NCBI GenBank assembly: GCA_030614005.1
Contig: JAUWKS010000097.1
Span: forward strand, 1-8,628
Direction of reading: 5' to 3'
DNA: 8,628 nt
Source: Candidatus Heimdallarchaeota archaeon
GTDB taxonomy: Archaea; Asgardarchaeota; Heimdallarchaeia; JABLTI01
The position numbers and the translations under genes were made by a program. Shown here piece by piece: positions 7,201 through 8,628 of this stretch. Numbering within the stretch: position 1 is the stretch's first letter; each line of letters begins with the position of its first letter. The notes under the pieces were generated by a model that was not told the origin of the DNA, did no database searches, and saw only the letters and a program-made list of their open reading frames with translations.

Positions 7201-8627
7201 TTAGTTTGATCAGCTAACATTAAATTAGCAATTGAGTTACCGTTTTTAGTCCATAATTTATCAATAATCATTCCAAAAGTACGAATGTCATTTTCATCAA
7301 TTTCAAAATTGAAATAACTATCTAAGCGCACTTTTATTTCATCTAATGAGATAGAATTCTCAAGATAATCAAACCAAACTTGCCACCAATAATCAAATTT
7401 ACTCTTATAACAACCAAACCTCTTTGGTCTAACAGTCAGATTTAGGTACATTCCCATCGCAAAAATTCTTTCTCTTAGAGGATCATATTCACTATCAATT
7501 ATTAATACAAAATCGGAATACTTTGGTATCGCTAAAGAATAAACGTCATTTTGTTCAGGATAAAATGCTTTGTTATTTATTATAGCTTCTAATTTCACTT
7601 TTATTAAAGGCAGATGAGGATAAATTGGATTTGGAGTTTTCCCAATATCATATTGCTTTAATGCCTTCTGAGCATCACTCATAGTTTTCACACCCATATT
7701 TCTTAATTGCTCAGCAACTGCTTTTGATAAGTTTGGTAATAATCGAATATCCCAATCTTTAGCAGGTAAATCAAAAAAACCGAAATTCCTTTTAAAATCA
7801 TCAATATATTTACATCTACTACATCCTCGAGAGAAATTATAGTCTGGGATGTCTGGAGAAATATTAATTGGTACCTGCTCAAAAAGAGAATTAATATAAT
7901 TGAATACTTCCTTAAATACTCGATAACAACAATCCCAGATTAAAGTTATAGTTTGAGATTTGAAATTTTCAATACTTTCAAATATCAAAGGAGTAACAGT
8001 TGGTAAGATACCATTTTCATCTGCCTTAACAAAAAACTTGTCGTTTAAATTATGTTCATGTAGGTAATTACTTAATACAATACCATAAAAAACAATTTCA
8101 ATGAAATGCTTATTATTTACCATTAACTGGTTACTTGCTTTAATATCAAAAACATTTATTCCTATTCGATTAAACTCATCAGCAGTTTCAATTACTTTCT
8201 TAGTTCCATCAGGCATGATTTCATAAATTTTGCTTTCATCTTCTTGGATTATTTCTTTTTCAAAAACTATAATATCAGGTCTACAAATCGTTGTATAGAA
8301 TAATTTGCGTTGGTGTTCATCTAGAAAGTTTTCTAAAAACTTAGAAGGAATTTCTAATTCACATTCTAGTAAACAAAGTTGTTTTGATTTCGAGCTTGTA
8401 AGTTCTGTATGAATGGAATCAAAGCTTTCCTTTGTTAGTATTGTCTTAGATATTTTATTGTTCTCAGTAGTAGATGCTTTAGTATCACCCATTTGTAATA
8501 ATGCTTGATATACAAGTTGTTCGTAATCTTTGCCTATCTTAAGTGAAGGTTCTACGCTTCTAACAAAATACTCTTTTCTTTTGACTTGGTAAGTATAACC
8601 GAGAAAAGCGTTATCTTCTTCAGATAA
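4227..8627 (-). CDS. Large nuclease-helicase fusion (RecB/Cas4-like PD-(D/E)xK nuclease + HhH + diverged RNase H-like domain + Upf1/Dna2-like SF1B helicase), at least 1466 aa, 5'-truncated
   Basis: The frame stays open for 45 codons beyond ATG 8492 (LSEEDNAFLGYTYQVKRKEYFVRSVEPSLKIGKDYEQLVYQALLQ-MGDTK). Nuclease motifs GKDYE, RPD, DIK, EIVFY and CSRC; HhH-like segment; DSE motif; helicase motifs GPPGTGKT, DEASQ, GDHNQLPP, NYRS, SVEKFQG and NRFNVLTSRAK. The layout resembles TM0106/COG2251-type nucleases fused to AAA_11/AAA_12 helicase domains. Confidence 0.85.
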   Translation of the reverse strand, partial: LSEEDNAFLGYTYQVKRKEYFVRSVEPSLKIGKDYEQLVYQALLQMGDTKASTTENNKISKTILTKESFDSIHTELTSSKSKQLCLLECELEIPSKFLENFLDEHQRKLFYTTICRPDIIVFEKEIIQEDESKIYEIMPDGTKKVIETADEFNRIGINVFDIKASNQLMVNNKHFIEIVFYGIVLSNYLHEHNLNDKFFVKADENGILPTVTPLIFESIENFKSQTITLIWDCCYRVFKEVFNYINSLFEQVPINISPDIPDYNFSRGCSRCKYIDDFKRNFGFFDLPAKDWDIRLLPNLSKAVAEQLRNMGVKTMSDAQKALKQYDIGKTPNPIYPHLPLIKVKLEAIINNKAFYPEQNDVYSLAIPKYSDFVLIIDSEYDPLRERIFAMGMYLNLTVRPKRFGCYKSKFDYWWQVWFDYLENSISLDEIKVRLDSYFNFEIDENDIRTFGMIIDKLWTKNGNSIANLMLADQTNNFTTVEYWCNFLNQGVTDIDEANLTKQILKTLHLLVSFCNIMENYISSEPDERNRIQKPNLAIFYWSANQLTFLEELIERNLQLVLMDNQIKPLLLELSAFISSSESDVKDPFQHKKLYDLCVFAETIVGLPNTVVNYTWHESAKELLNSKSNRMFWLPHINYMDFGVWDDFLVEEEIASKQRKAHEISRQIRHKLRTLDKLRNYFQLRAGTLVSRNIIPADSTSMLRRRFENDFHLISNFWYVYSRLNGAISEYEAEFYRTMFPLFSIAKLQSAAVINLTNNEIPTGRSSKYSYEFELHNLSTNVKLKEGDHVLLVPFELRDRIFPRDWKVIIEEMNWKKKQNNETSYYEIKTNEDYGNLIQQAQEKLGFLSETWYLYPNASDSWPNKLWNMRNNTGLLTRNNFGTSWLAQRLTYYWSLSMGNELDYPMESIFRTPELYLYMPKILQKTKTLEPPELLTNVKNKPDLSQELAIKTSLENTISMIIGPPGTGKTETIVSLIDEFLIRNSNRPVKILISAFSYTALNVVLEKLQNSTNTKEKPTLAASIQKIFLHSSSYEPSELITANNNILNLYKDNNSWKINEQSYKRMKRSSQSIINESFILFGNAHQLYKLSELNNYAEGNEFEVDFSEFDLIIIDEASQFPIDYFMSCLQYVKDQSISFIDKSGVLIGKSRDDPVKIASEMTPNEDIDYSCLTKVVIVGDHNQLPPVKIIKPPKKLEIVLGSLFNYYFNGHQLNATQLENNYRSNQAIVDYTASLGFYRNLKTHHTNANSKIEGNLENIKDEWVKEVLDPDKIICSIVHKNNLDSTISELEAKIASELLIGYFSMGNPSTKEEQKDFWEEEIGIVAPHNAQGRMIINKIFEFLIKDSRNKLTEDELMRSLKRAIVSVEKFQGSDRRIIIASMGISDKDQLKAEEEFIYDLNRFNVLTSRAKSKAVLVCSENYLDYLPRRHQIMEYTEKIRKYTHHFCNKSKITTILNEPIVFHWKE
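4338..5810 (-). other. SF1B (Upf1/Dna2-like) helicase core
   Basis: Q motif DLSQELAI, Walker A GPPGTGKT (5718..5741), Ia SAFSYTALN, II DEASQ (5271..5285), III GDHNQ (5079..5093), LENNYRS, IGIVAPHNAQ, SVEKFQG and VI NRFNVLTSRAK, all in canonical order with the catalytic residues present. Confidence 0.92.
6585..7511 (-). other. Diverged DEDD/RNase H-like (RNase_H_2-like) domain
   Basis: LIIDSEYDP (D-x-E at 7488..7496) followed by IFAMG; then AIFYWSANQ, LYDL and GLP...NYTW blocks in the order expected for this fold. The later acidic catalytic positions are not evident. Confidence 0.55.
7668..7751 (-). other. Helix-hairpin-helix-like DNA-binding segment
   Basis: DIRLLPNLSKAVAEQLRNMGVKTMSDAQ follows the pattern l..lp.i....a..L...Gi.t..d seen after the nuclease domain in TM0106-like proteins. 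Confidence 0.6.
7788..8627 (-). other. RecB/Cas4-like PD-(D/E)xK nuclease domain of the large ORF (N-terminus off-window)
   Basis: Motif I-like GKDYE (8520..8534), motif II PD (8274..8279) followed by a hydrophobic strand, motif III D-I-K (8139..8147), E-I-V-F-Y at the RecB-family QxxxY position, and C-S-R-C (7812..7823). Confidence 0.75.
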
Positions 8628-8628
8628 A

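Noticed and set aside
1-8628. GC shift between mod-res and the helicase gene; CRISPR array or cas operon suggested by the Cas4-like domain
   Set aside because: Spot counts suggested at most a few percent GC difference, which I cannot establish without computation. No repeat-spacer array or other cas genes are present, and Cas4-like folds are common outside CRISPR loci.

Overview
AT-rich window (about 30% GC by spot counts) holding three large genes, two of them cut by the window edges. On the + strand is an apparently intact Type III restriction-modification operon: a 5'-truncated mod methyltransferase (the frame is open from base 3) and a complete res helicase-endonuclease. On the - strand, converging on res, is a 5'-truncated protein of at least 1466 aa (the frame is open to base 8627). 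It combines a RecB/Cas4-like PD-(D/E)xK nuclease, a helix-hairpin-helix, a diverged DEDD/RNase H-like domain and a Upf1/Dna2-like SF1B helicase. The 80-bp gap between the two units contains a degenerate tRNA 3' half (variable loop, T-arm, acceptor strand, CCA) followed by a T-run, which looks like an attachment scar of a tRNA-targeting integrative element. The best candidates for novelty are the nuclease-helicase as a possible defence gene and the tRNA scar as an island boundary. The host cannot be determined; there are weak archaeal-style signals. All family assignments come from motif recognition by eye, not from database searches.
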